Shown in pieces: positions 26,292 to 38,008 of a stretch of DNA of 45,581 nucleotides. The position numbers were made by a program, and so were the translations under genes. Numbering within the stretch: the first letter of the stretch is position 1; every line of letters begins with the position of its first letter. The DNA is from Phoronis australis. Taxonomy: Eukaryota; Animalia; Phoronida. The notes below the pieces were generated by a model. That model made no database searches. It was not told the origin of the DNA and saw nothing but the letters and a program-made list of their open reading frames with translations. The stretch covers positions 229,280 through 274,860 of the forward strand of contig NMRA01000334.1 of NCBI GenBank assembly GCA_002633005.1, given 5' to 3'.

Positions 26292-27121
26292 GACGTGGCG
26301 CCGATCCTGAAGAATGGCTGCCAAGTATTTTTTCACGTGTCTAACGTTTCTTTCTGAAATCGACACCGTACAAGTGTGGCATACTTGGTGACTGTATGAC
26401 AAATTTTATCTTACAAAAACAGCATGCGCACATTTAACTAGCTCTTTCATTGAGCTTGTACATCCTGCTGACTACCCGGTATCAAGTCCGGTAAAATGGC
26501 GGCTTGGACACGCAGACGAAAGTGTGTCAGGAATGCTGCATTCTGAGTAGTCATTTAAGTCGTCAGTCATAAACCTGGCGATTGGCCAATTAATGGCAGA
26601 CCTATTTCAATTGAAACGGTGCGTCGTTTCGCAATCGAGAATCATTTAAGATTTGTTTTTAATTCCCGGGAACAATAATGCAAAGTCATGCCTTACGCTT
26701 GTAGCTTTTTATCTGTGGTGGTTTTGAACGCTAATACATGTTATGTGAAGATTTTTGTTGATGAGTATTTGTCCTATTAGCAGAAACGAATTGCCCTGCC
26801 CGGATATGATGAGGACGATCTAACAATTGTTTATAACTTAATGATGGTGCGTGTGTGATGAATCATTGACATTGACGTGCACGATTCTTGCACTGAAATT
26901 TACCATAAGTGTGTATCTTATACATGTATGTATTTTGTTTTCCTACGAAACTTAATGATTGCTCACAAGCGCACTCATATTTGTGGAGAGTGGACGAAAA
27001 CGAAGACAGACCAGACCAAAGCAGCATAAATTGATGGAATTTACTGAGCCAAAGACATTAGTATGTGCAGCCGTTTTCCAGTGGTTGTCCCGAAGGACAT
27101 TTACCTCATCGGTGTACGCAT

Positions 27122-28750
27122 AGACCCTATTCACGCCGACAGGCGGCGCGTTCCAAAACGAGGCTCGCTACGATAGCTCTGGTGGCTTATCCGCGTAGTT
27201 GTACTCAGCGTTGCTCAAACAGATAGAAAAAATACGGACACTCTGTTTTACAATCCCTAAGGACGTTGGGATTCGGAAGCGTTGGGTCCTTGCCACACGC
27301 TGCGATGAAGGAAAATATGTCCGTGTAAAATTTATAACTGTTTTCGAATCATAATTTGTCGCGTCTCGGACTGGATGTCGCCATAGCAACGAGGACCGGA
27401 GAATCTTCGGCCAACCAGGCTGTGTTTTCATGACTATGGGTTGAAGCGCAATGCATTTTTCTTTACAAAAAGGACAGGGCCCTCAATCCCTCAATTTTGG
27501 GGCCAAATATCGACCCTATTTTCCTCTCAAAAATATTGAAAAATCACGTGAAATTCGCGGCCACGAGGCCTAAAAATCCCCTTTGTGATTGAAAATTCAC
27601 TCCAACGATTCAAATCACCTGTGACCACAGAGGTGACAATTTGAAAAAGTACAAAATCATAGGTGGATTTAGGGTTTTATTTTTTTAGTCCAACGACAGA
27701 TTTCCTGAGCAGAAGGTACATGTATACATCCTCGGCGCCCGCAACTTCCGGGCCGCCTGCGTGCATACAATCGCGCTTTGCCCGCTTCTCCGAGGATGTC
27801 GGCCCCCCTCACTATAGGCCTATGGTATCCTAGATCAGCCACTGAAAGTGCTACTTGAGACCGAGCTATGAGAGCTTGCAAAAGGGCGGGGTGCTATTGA
27901 TGGTGATCGGGAGGTCAATAGAGTTTTCACTGACCCGTCACTCGGCGAAACGCAGAAGGCCCGGCCGCACACACATGAGGCACCTTTACCCTCGGATATG
28001 AACGAAGCGTCTGAAGAAACACGATAACTATGCTTGTTCCAGGGGGGATCCAGGACTTTGAGTTGGGGGGGNNNNNNNNNNNNNNNNNNNNNNNNNNNNN
28101 NNNNNNNNNNNNNNNNNNNNNNNNNNNNNNNNNNNNNNNNNNNNNNNNNNNNNNNNNNNNNNNNNNNNNNNNNNNNNNNNNNNNNNNNNNNNNNNNNNNN
28201 NNNNNNNNNNNNNNNNNNNNNNNNNNNGCCTACCTCACCAGGACCTAGGCTATGCTTGAAGCTAATAGGCCTACTCTTGATCAACAAATTAAACCAGATG
28301 AGACTAATTGCACATGACAGCAAAATGCTATGAGCCACCACTGTCGAATATATCTTCAACTCGTCAACAATACCACCAGATGACCTGGTTCGTGTAGAAA
28401 GCATTTTTATCAAGAATTTATTAGAAGAAACGTAACCCTGCATTCAGCACCATGCCTAATCCGTAACACTACGATCGCCGCAATTTGGTCATGTTTACTT
28501 TTCATGTTTCGAACCTAGTTTTCCGGAAAAATACTATATCCTTTCGTCAAACAACTCTTTGGTGCATTGACTTGTTCTTTAACTGTATTTTTCTACGTCT
28601 CTGTGGTTAATTTTTGACACATTTTTTAAGATTTAATATTCAGGTTGTACTCCAAAGACCGGCCATTTAACTCACGCAATGTAAATTTCCGCTTTCTTAT
28701 CGCAGTGAGCCTCGCTTTGGATTTTAATGTCCGCCGCGTGAATAGAGTCT
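27122..28750 (+). mobile_element. ISL2EU-like element (family AGAC) with THAP remnant; spans the assembly gap
   Basis: AT on both flanks. ~55-bp imperfect TIRs AGAC(C/T)CTATTCACG...CCAAA.CGAGGCTC.CT.CGATA. THAP-like CSN...FTIPKDVGIRKRWVLATR at ~27200-27305. Continuity across the Ns is assumed. Confidence 0.6.
28072..28227. other. Assembly gap (156 N)
   Basis: Run of n, preceded by a G-rich MITE-like start (CAGGGGGGATCCAGG). Confidence 1.
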
Positions 28751-28853
28751 ATGTGTAGCGTAGGACTGCATGGTGATTGAAAAGTCAGTCTTATGATTTC
28801 TGTACTCTTTACGTGATCCACCAATCAAGTTTCAATGTCAGTGAGTAGCTTAA

Positions 28854-30746
28854 AGGAGAATGCCACCCCAAAACAACCTATTTTGTATCAATTTAGATCA
28901 AGTATCTCCACTCGATAAGGGCAAGTACAGCTCTTTTGCCTGACAGCTGACGTCAGACGGAGGTATTGAAATTAACCAATGAAGTCAGAGACTCGAATGC
29001 AGTCTGTCCAGCAGTTCACACTACGCTTACTGGTATCAGATTATCGCTTGAATTCATCGTTTTTACACCAATAAATCATCAAAATTCAAATTACAAATAC
29101 ATAGAGTTATTGAACAAAGGTGTTATTTTATTTCGCTGTTACGGATTTTTAGGTATTTGAACGTACCGTAGTCTACGAAGTTCGGTAGGCCAATTAATCA
29201 TGGTCGGTCGCGGGAGTTTGGGGTCTGTTCGGTGACAAATTCAAATTATTCGTCCGTGAAATACAGACAGGAGAACATAGCTGCTTGTTGTAATTTTAGA
29301 CTTGAGATTTTTTCAGCTCTAAACACATAAAACGCTTGCTATCCCCGCCAGTGGCTCGGAACCTGCTGGCCCATCGCGGCCGGACTGAAGACATAACTGC
29401 TAAACCAGCCAAAGTTAGAAACTAAGCTTTAAGTCAAGAAAAGACTATGCTACTGATCTAAAGAAAAAATGTGCACGCTGATTATTTTGGTGAATTGGCT
29501 GCGAAACTGCAAATCTACTTACTAGCTCGTCGGGGGCCGCGAAGTCAATTTACCTTTCCACAGAACCGTCAGGGCAAATGTTGTACAGTAACAATGATTC
29601 GAATAATGTATATGAATATATAAATAAAAATTCCCCTAACACCTGATCATAGGATATAAAATCGAGTTATTGTTTTACAACAGATTTCTGTCAGCAAACA
29701 CTGAATTAGCGTGCGCTCACACGACGTCGGTGCCCGGTCAAAAGTCGGTAACGCAGTGATTTATTCATTGCTGGCTTCTCAAAACATTTTCACTCACGAA
29801 CATTCCAAAGCATTACAAATTGTATCTAATGAAACAGACTTTGTTTCAGTTTCATATAACCATTGGTTAGGGTGAGAATAAATCATTTTGAAACAGAACG
29901 CAAATTTTAAAGGTCAACGTGGCAACTCGCAATCCCGACTTAGACGACGTGCTCATACGACGAAGACTTCTCAGGTCGATCGTTAGGTCTCACAGGGGTA
30001 CACTCCTGAACGTACAGAGACAACGAAAGATATGGATAGTTCCGAAAACCGTTTGTATAGCTTGTCCATGAGCTAACCGCACGATAATGGAAACGACTCA
30101 CCGTTGCGTCTGCTGCCACGAAATTCCGCAAATGAAACGAATTCTTGGAGAAGCGCAAATGTGTCTCACGGACCATACTGATTTTGTAGTGCATCTAAAA
30201 AGGTGTGCTTACGACGTTTTTTAGGGCTGAAAAAAAGAACTGGCCGAAAACATCCTACACCCAGAGGACCAAACAGAAGCCTCACGAATGAGTCAGTCAT
30301 CAAACAAGTTATATAAAACGTTATGTTATTACGCCTTGAATTAATTGTAATTGTTTATGTTTTTATGACGAACTACAATTCTATAATCAAACACTGATGT
30401 ACAACCGATCCGACGAAATGCAGGTCACGGATAAGTTTCACGTACTTTTCATTCACTACTACAAGCCAATTCCGAAGCATTACGGGCTCTCGAAAAAATC
30501 GAAAAAACGACATACCCGCTTTCCTCGCAGCTTCATAGTTCGTCTAAGCAGGAACGATACACCACATCATAGCGGCATTCCCTCTGCCGAAGAAGCACTG
30601 ACGTCGCTACGTCGTTTCTCACCTTTCTCACTGGTTAACGCGACACCTTTCGGCGGGGTAAGATCGAGCGTCGCATACGAGGTGATGTGAACTATAATCC
30701 GATTAAGACGGTACAAAAGACTATTTAAATCGGGTGGCATTCTCCT
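28854..30746 (-). mobile_element. Non-autonomous Kolobok element, copy 2 (inverted, more divergent internally)
   Basis: TTAA at 28850-28853 and 30747-30750. Perfect 15-bp TIRs AGGAGAATGCCACCC / GGGTGGCATTCTCCT. The THAP remnant retains DLHF (~30410-30435). Confidence 0.9.
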
Positions 30747-31594
30747 TTAATACTAACACAACAAAAACGGAATAGTTCACTTTGAAACTGGTTCCATCGT
30801 AATGCTTGGCCATCAAAACTTAATTAGTGACACATGTATTTACTTACTTTATTTCATGACGGCGACATCCCGTTGCTCCCTACTTGCTCGATTCTACAGC
30901 CCGACACCAAGTTGGGAAGTTTACCCTCGTAGCCAATATCTTACACGACTGATTAACTCCATTCTGGCATTTATGGTTGGAGGGCTTGTGCTCTTTTGTT
31001 CGATAATTGCTCTAATCTCCGATCTGGTCGTATCTAGCCTGACTGGGCTGGGCTGATAAAATGGAAGTTAAGTTATAACATATTTAAGCTTAACCCAATA
31101 GCATTTCTGAATTTCTCGTCAAATGTTGATCATGTTCCATTTTTGAATCACCAAAATCGTCCAGCTACAACAGAAGTTAAGACAATCTATTCTGTCCAAA
31201 CGGATTACCAACGCACTCGTTTCCTTTGAAGCCTGGGAGATAATTGGCCTGCGTGTTATCATACTGGACAAGAGACTGAGCTGTTCAGTTAACAAAAGAA
31301 CCAGATGTTATCGCACGTTCAGCACCCCTCACGTCTGGAAAAGTTACTGAACGACAGAACGCTGTAATGTAATTGACTGTATGAAAACAGAGAAAAGTCA
31401 GTAATGGCGGCTTTAATTTGCGTAAGAAACAAACGTGGATATTTTTTACTGTCTTGTTATCATCAGTTTTCATTTTGCCTCCTTCAGTAATGTCTTTCAC
31501 AAAATCACGGGGCCATTTTCTGATTCAAGCACGATTTCCCTATTTGAATTACATGTAAGCAGACAATTCATCGCTGACTGTAATCTCGTTCCAG

Positions 31595-31863
31595 CGGCGC
31601 CAGTTTGTTCACGGTATCGCGGAGCATTTGACAGAACCCTTGCAGAACTTGACGGGGCTCAGCTGTTCAAGTTAAGAACACGGATACATGTATGGTTTGA
31701 CATTGTATCTGCCATCCCTATGAATGTTCGAGTCATTCGTCACGTTGAATCCATTCCACACACGATAACATGCATTTTGTTGTGTATGAAGGACTGTTGT
31801 TGCGAGTACTCGATTCACCTGCCTGTCGGAACATGTGTATTATTATGGAATGTAGTTAAATGA
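31595..31863 (+). CDS. Terminal exon, paralog 2; Cys-rich PAN/Apple-like module
   Basis: Acceptor tctcgttccAG at 31593-31594, phase 1, open to TGA. GAQLFKLRT...VSAIPMNV.VIR..E.I..TITCILLC.KD.CC is shared with 7668-7924. 3' flank similarity extends to ~32120. Confidence 0.7.
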
Positions 31864-32272
31864 AACGTGCCTACGCGTTGGTCTACGTACGCCTCTGGAT
31901 AACGTGTTTGTAGAATGTAGCATGACGTGCATATAGATTATAGAATGACGACAACAGAATGCTGCAAATCACGTGCTAAGTGACGCACTGTTCATGTGGT
32001 CCTACCAAGGAGTTTACGTAGAATTGTACAACACTTCTTGGTCCTACTGTGATAATGTTGTACTTTATCAAATACACGGTGTTTAAAGCTTGGTACTAGT
32101 TGTGTGGATGTTATATGCATACTTTAGAGCACGTGCTATTCGCAATATGAGGCGGTATGTCCTAGTGGGATAAATATCCGCTTCCTTTACTCAATCCTTT
32201 CGTGAGTCACCCCGGCCAACCCGCGATCGAGAACGCCCGGAAGACGATCGAGAACGAGACTTTGCACCAAAA

Positions 32273-33310
32273 ATGGCAGACGACAGTGACATACCCGGTG
32301 AGTTTAAGTGTCATTTTCTGCTTAAATAGAGGCCACTTTAGTACGAATACTACACACAGAAAAGCGTCAGAGTGTTACCTTTGCTGTGGATCTGAAATAA
32401 TACTTGGCTTTTGCTTATTTTTTAAATAAAGAGCTCATGAAGCAATGTCTTTCGGTAAAATGCCTTCCGCTTCGTAAAATCGACAATTACTGCTTGTTAT
32501 TAGCAATTCCAGGGTTCTTAAGAAGAGACGTGTGACGTTTATAGTCTAATCGTCCCTGGTGACACCTTTGGTAGTTATGATTTGTGAAACAATTTGAGAT
32601 ATTTACCAACAAAAGCAGGTCCTTGTGTGAGACGGCGATCGGGAACGACGTTGTTAATTCTCTATGGCGATGGTGAACGCAAAAACGGTGATCTTGAACG
32701 CACATTTTTTTCTCTGCATTGGCCTGAATAGTCGTTCAAGTTACGGTATTATGTCAATAATTTTAGAATAGTTCGGAACCTGAATTAGTTGATGGGTTGA
32801 TTATTAATTACATTTCATCGTTTTTTCATTATTTCTATGAAACATAACTGAATGCGTTCGATTTTTTCAGTTGAACTGTAGCCACACCAGGAGTCCTTCA
32901 GGGTGTTAACGTCCACGCCTTCAAAAAAAAGTAGTACAACTGCTGCATGTCACAACGGAGTGTGTGTGTGCTCGAGCCTTGTTCAGGAACTTATAAATCG
33001 ACTTAGTATGACCACATGGCAATAAAATACAGTGACACTACAACAAAGCAAGACCTTTACCAGCCCTGTGATTGACGCGTTGCATGCGTCAAGAGTTTTT
33101 TACCAATACGGTAAAACACAGCACGGAACATCGTGCTCAGGAACCAAGTCGATTCAGTGTCCTGTCTGTGATCACTGTTTCACGGAAAGAGTGAGCCTGA
33201 TGCGACACTGCGTCACAGCACGAGGACACTCCTTTTTGTGGTGAATGTGGCATGTCATGCAAACAGTATGCCTCCTTCTACAGGCATAGCAAGCAGAAAC
33301 GCCATGAATG
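32273..33310 (+). pseudogene. Decayed spliced C2H2 zinc-finger gene inside the Transib/RAG-like element
   Basis: AAAATGGCAGAC...CCCG|GTGAGT first exon; acceptor ttttttcAG at 32870. Clear fingers QCPVCDHCFTERVSLMRHCVTA and CGECGMSCKQYASFYRHSKQKRH, preceded by two eroded ones (CVLEPC..YK...YDHMAIK; FTSPVID...FYQYGKTQH). Confidence 0.7.
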
Positions 33311-33397
33311 AAATCATTAAGTCCAGTGGTGATGGTTGTTAAGCCACTATAGTTTATTCAGATTTACAGAGTCTGTGGTTGGTAGTTGTCTGATGTG

Positions 33398-33551
33398 CAG
33401 TGCTGTAGTGGAAAAATTAAAGATAAGTGGACGCCCAGATCCCCCTATCACCTTGAGAACTGAACCTAACTTACGGTGCGTAGGCGCTATGTTCAAATGC
33501 CAAAAGGTGGTTGGCTGCGCCTACGTGCGCCTACGCCCTACTACAGCACTG
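33398..33551. mobile_element. hAT-type MITE, copy 3 (nested in the Transib/RAG-like element)
   Basis: TIR CAGTGCTGTAGT. 8-bp TSD CTGATGTG at 33390-33397 and 33552-33559. Confidence 0.9.
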
Positions 33552-34514
33552 CTGATGTGATAGTATTTTGACGTTTTGCTTTGAACCTTTTTCCTCAAGT
33601 TTCTTTCTACATTTTGTGTTATTTCAAAAGGATCTTTAACAGAACCAGTACATTTTTGTAATGTTTAGGTATATTTAAATGGCCATACTAAGTGTCATTG
33701 GGCAATACTTACATACAATTGTTCTGACCAATGAGTATTTTGAATGAAAATATATGTCTATGATTAATGTTGAAATTCCTTTCATATTGTTGTAGATTTC
33801 CTGTGAGAGACTATTATACTATCAATCAGTCCTAAATACATTGTCGATGATTCTGTGATGATTTAGTCTAATACATTCCAAAAGTAATTCGCTAGAAATG
33901 TTCAATGGATTTGTTATGTTGATTTCCCTAAAGCAATAAATTTATATATTTTTGTAAGACCAATTTTGAGGTATGTGTGATAAAAGATTAATATTATTAT
34001 AGAAATGCTATAATATTGTTGATTTCCTTTGTAAATCACTACAGTGTGTAGTTGAAGTGACGTTAATGACAACATGCTGACTACGTATTATAACTGTCTC
34101 AATGTTTTTCAATGTCACATTAAAGTGGAGATCAAGAACTACTGATGATGCAGGTGAACTTTGGACCAAGACTACAAAACAGAAGAGTCAACCACAACGT
34201 ACATTCAAGCCACACGGGTGCCATAAGTCAATCTGGTCATCTCTGTATCGATGTTATCAGTAAAACATCAAGTAAAATCCCACCCGTTTTATTAGCACAC
34301 CAAATTACACAACTTCTGGCCAATTTTTAGATCCCACACGTTTATGAGTGGGAGTCTTTGCATCATCTCGTGAAGTGTTGCCACAATGCCCTCTCTTCTC
34401 ATGGACAAGCTCATCATCGTTCTTTGACTTCACTGTCTATTTGTTTTTTTTTCCTTTTGTTGTCACAATTTTACAAGAAGATTCTTCACTCCCTTTCATC
34501 TCGGTGCTGCAACA

Positions 34515-34890
34515 ATTTGTTTACCCCTGGCTGGCACGCCAAATGGAACAACTCCTGGGTGAGTCTTCAGTTTAGAAACCCTTGTTCTCAGTGGTCTCGT
34601 TTAAAAGTAGGTACCTGTACTTTTCAAAACCCTGGTAGGGTGTACCTTCATATCGTGGGTAACATGTTCGTTGAAGCTCGCATCACAATAGCAGTGAACT
34701 TTTTTCCTGAAATGAAAATAGATTCGTTTGTGAAACTAAAATTATGCTTGATGTTCAAGTAGTGCTCACGGCAATTTAATGGTAATATGCTATGCTGTTG
34801 TTCAGTTTTGATACGAAAGCAACACAGTAATGACACAAACTGTGATTAGTTCATTGCACCACACTTATTCTGTAACCTTTTCCAAGTTTT
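34515..34890 (-). pseudogene. Fossil RAG1 N-terminal (Cys-rich/Chapa-like) domain
   Basis: Ordered motifs after allowing small indels and point changes: LEKV(C)RI-CG (34858-34885), SFNEHVTHDMKVHPTRV(C)EK(C) (~34616-34678), N(W)KTH(P)RSCSI(C)..ARG (~34521-34572). These parallel RAG1 LCRICG / [21 protein letters not shown] / WHPHTPSCDIC. Confidence 0.55.
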
Positions 34891-37800
34891 ATAAGTAAAA
34901 AGTTCATTACTGTTCGACACACCACGATGCGTTCCCGATCGCATAAACAAAGCACAAATTTGCGTTCCAGATCGCTTATCGTTGCGTTCTCGATCGCATC
35001 TTTCAGCAGAAAAGCATCGAAAAATCAGAGATCCTGAAAAAACTACAAGAAAAAAAAAACTAGCTTTGCGTTATGTTTTCACACGTCATTTCTTCCTAAG
35101 TCCATGGTCAATTTATTGATTTAGTGCCAAAAATAACGGCAATTTGCCAAAATGACATACAAATCACCTTCGGCTTAAGCGATGCCTCTGTCAACGTAAC
35201 GTTTCTCCTATAATTGGAAGAGGCACTAGCCTAAACCTCTACCTGCCCTTCCTCAATGTGTTAAAGCCTTGAACTAATGTCTCTGTTTTCAAATTGGAAG
35301 TAAAAACAACGAAAATTCATTTACTCACCTTGCCTAGCGTTGCTTCTCGCGCCAAATTTAGTTCTCGATCGCCTTCCGGTCGTTCTCGATCGCGGGTTGG
35401 CCGGGGTGTGAGTTGGAATCGCACTTGTTTCAAATTTCTAACTCATCAGCTCCGTTTTAAATAATTTGCATATCAATAACGCATGAAAATGGTTCCAGGT
35501 GATCAGCGCAATGGGTCCATCTGAGCGGCGTGGCAACGTCTGACACAACATGTGCAGTATCAGACCGCCAGCAATTGTTTTTTATGGTATTCAATGAGTC
35601 AAGTACATGTATCTACGGTTCTATGAACTCAGCAGGGTTGAAGCCGATATAATTGGAGACAATAATGCATGAATAGCTTGGGTTCCATTTCTTAACATTG
35701 CATTTGAATTCTACATTTACATCAAGTTCATTAACATATCTCGCGTTTACCGAGTCATTTCCATCAGCGGGACTAAATGGTACGTGTATTACTTGATATT
35801 CACTCATATTGCTCACCTGATCCTCGCCACTACTTATTGTTAGAATCCTCAGAATTCTTAATAGCAACGTTTCGTAGGTTCACTGGGCCATTTATCTTAA
35901 TTTTTTAACATAAACTCAATGTATTACCATCCGTGTCTACAGAAGTTGCAACGTTCACCGTCCCTTCTTAGGAAGCCGATATTTACGTAGGCTAAAAAAC
36001 TAAAAAAGAAAAAAAAAGTAGGCTATCGATAACACATCGACGCTCGTTACGTGGCATTCATTCGACAAAATATGAATACACGAATTTTTACGCGTATTGT
36101 AAAAGCAAATTACTATATAACTCGATTAGAGGCACGCTTAATGCAATATTTTTCATATTTCTTATAGCGTCCTGCGCTAACAAATTTCTTTCAAAGTATA
36201 TAAACAGCGATAACCTTAGCATACTTTATCTCGTGATGGCAATCGTTCGATGTTGTATGGAATTGGAGAATGTAACGAACCATTTAATTCCTGCGGTGTT
36301 TGTAACCCATAACTGCCTAAATAGTACTTAAAGTGATCGTTCTTAAACCACGCGACCCAACACGTTCCAGATCTAATGAACGGAATTCCTTTCTACGCAA
36401 TTTTTCTGGTAATGTTTTCCGTGGGAATACTTCGCAAAACCTCCTAATTGCTCAGCGCTTTATCAGGTGACATTTTGAAAGCTATTTATGTTCCATTTCA
36501 GCCGAGCAAGGACAAAGGTCCGGGATTCCTTTGCTTTACTTTACAACCAGATTGTAGGATTTAAATAAAATAAAGTTTATCCCATACGCGTTGAATCAGT
36601 CGAGGGAAATATGGCCATGTAATAATGTTTTCAATATTCACCTCCCGCACTACTTCAACAGTGACCTCTGACATGGGATTTTCAAAAGGTAGGGCAACGT
36701 CGACTCGTCGTTAGCCGGTTAGATCATCAAACTTTCGAAAAATAGTTTAAAGTAAAGGCAATTGTAGCAGTGTTCTTGAAGTAGCGGGTGAGCCCTATTC
36801 TAACATTGTTGGGTTTCTTACTTCATCCGTAACAAATCGGGGTATTAGAAAAAGTTGATTTCCATGCAACTCGGCCATGAATTCCAAAGATGATGCCAGT
36901 CGGAAATGAGTGACTGTAAAAAATGAATTACTACTAGTACCCATTAATGTCATTTTAAACATTTGGGAAGTTGTCAAAGTTCAATTGAGCGGTCTTAACA
37001 GCCAAAAGTATAAAACCCAGTTAATACTCTGTAGATATCGCCAGGGTGACGATTTTTTAATGCTGTAAATAAGTAAAACGAAACTGATCGATGAAAGGAG
37101 CTTCGTAATGTCTCGGTCACATGAAGTTCCTGACAAAGTTCGATGACTGGGGCAGGCATTATGAGCCGACTTTTGGGCGTAGGCCAAGCGTCGGCGTCAA
37201 AAACCAAACAATCGTTTAAACTGTTCTGGTGAAAAATGCCTTGATTGTGCTAGGTTTCCACTACAGTGCGACGTATATTGTCACCCCGCGACAACATAAT
37301 ATGCCAATTGCGACAATACCAATACCGGCACATATGTTTGTGATAGGACTGAGCCAGCGGGATCGGCCGAACATTATTCGATGTGCAACCAAGGCAAAAA
37401 TAAAAGGAACGCGATGCTTACCGACACCTTGTTTAGGTAGGTGCAATGGAATGTCCGATGACCAGTGACCATACCTTACGATGACATGGAAAGAGGTAAA
37501 GGACAGGCGTCGGTGTAAAAGCCATAAAGCATCACCGGCCATCATTTCACTCTGAGGAAATATGTTTAGGACAAGTACATGTAAGATAGAGTATATAGTC
37601 TTAAATAACGAGGTGATTGGGTTTGTATTTTTATTTCGGCATGGTTTATCGGAATATGTGTACAATTCTCCGAGACCGGTTCTTCATCAAGACTTGACGA
37701 AGTGGGAAAAAGCACATGCTTTAGTACACGTAAATGCTTTAGCTAATTGGAAAATGACATGGCCTTTTGAACTATCACAGAGCCAAAACATTCCAAGTCA

Positions 37801-38008
37801 AAATAAGCTTTTGACGGTCAAAAAGGCCGCGTAAGTAGCAGGTCTTCGGCGAATAGTTTGAAAAACCTTTAAAGTTTTGTGCACATTATTGATTCCAGTG
37901 GAAAGGTTACAAATGCCGCCAAAATGATCATGAGTTCTGCCCCTGCTACCAGCACCATGGGAGTGGTTCAAAAATGCAACGAAGGATAACCAATAAAATG
38001 TGAACGTC

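Larger units (their letters stand above)
32208..35408. mobile_element. Non-autonomous Transib/RAG-like DNA transposon
   Basis: 48-bp TIRs (32208-32255, 35361-35408; 46/48 identical, first 28 perfect) beginning CAC. Perfect 5-bp TSD TGAGT at 32203-32207 and 35409-35413. Confidence 0.9.

Noticed and set aside
28228-28752. Assembly-artefact duplication of 9622-10145
   Set aside because: The copies differ by multiple substitutions and indels and end at a TE terminus, so they are separate TE copies. The join across the adjacent gap remains unverified.
35613-35867. 84-aa - strand ORF with hydrophobic start
   Set aside because: No recognisable domain, paralog or splice support.
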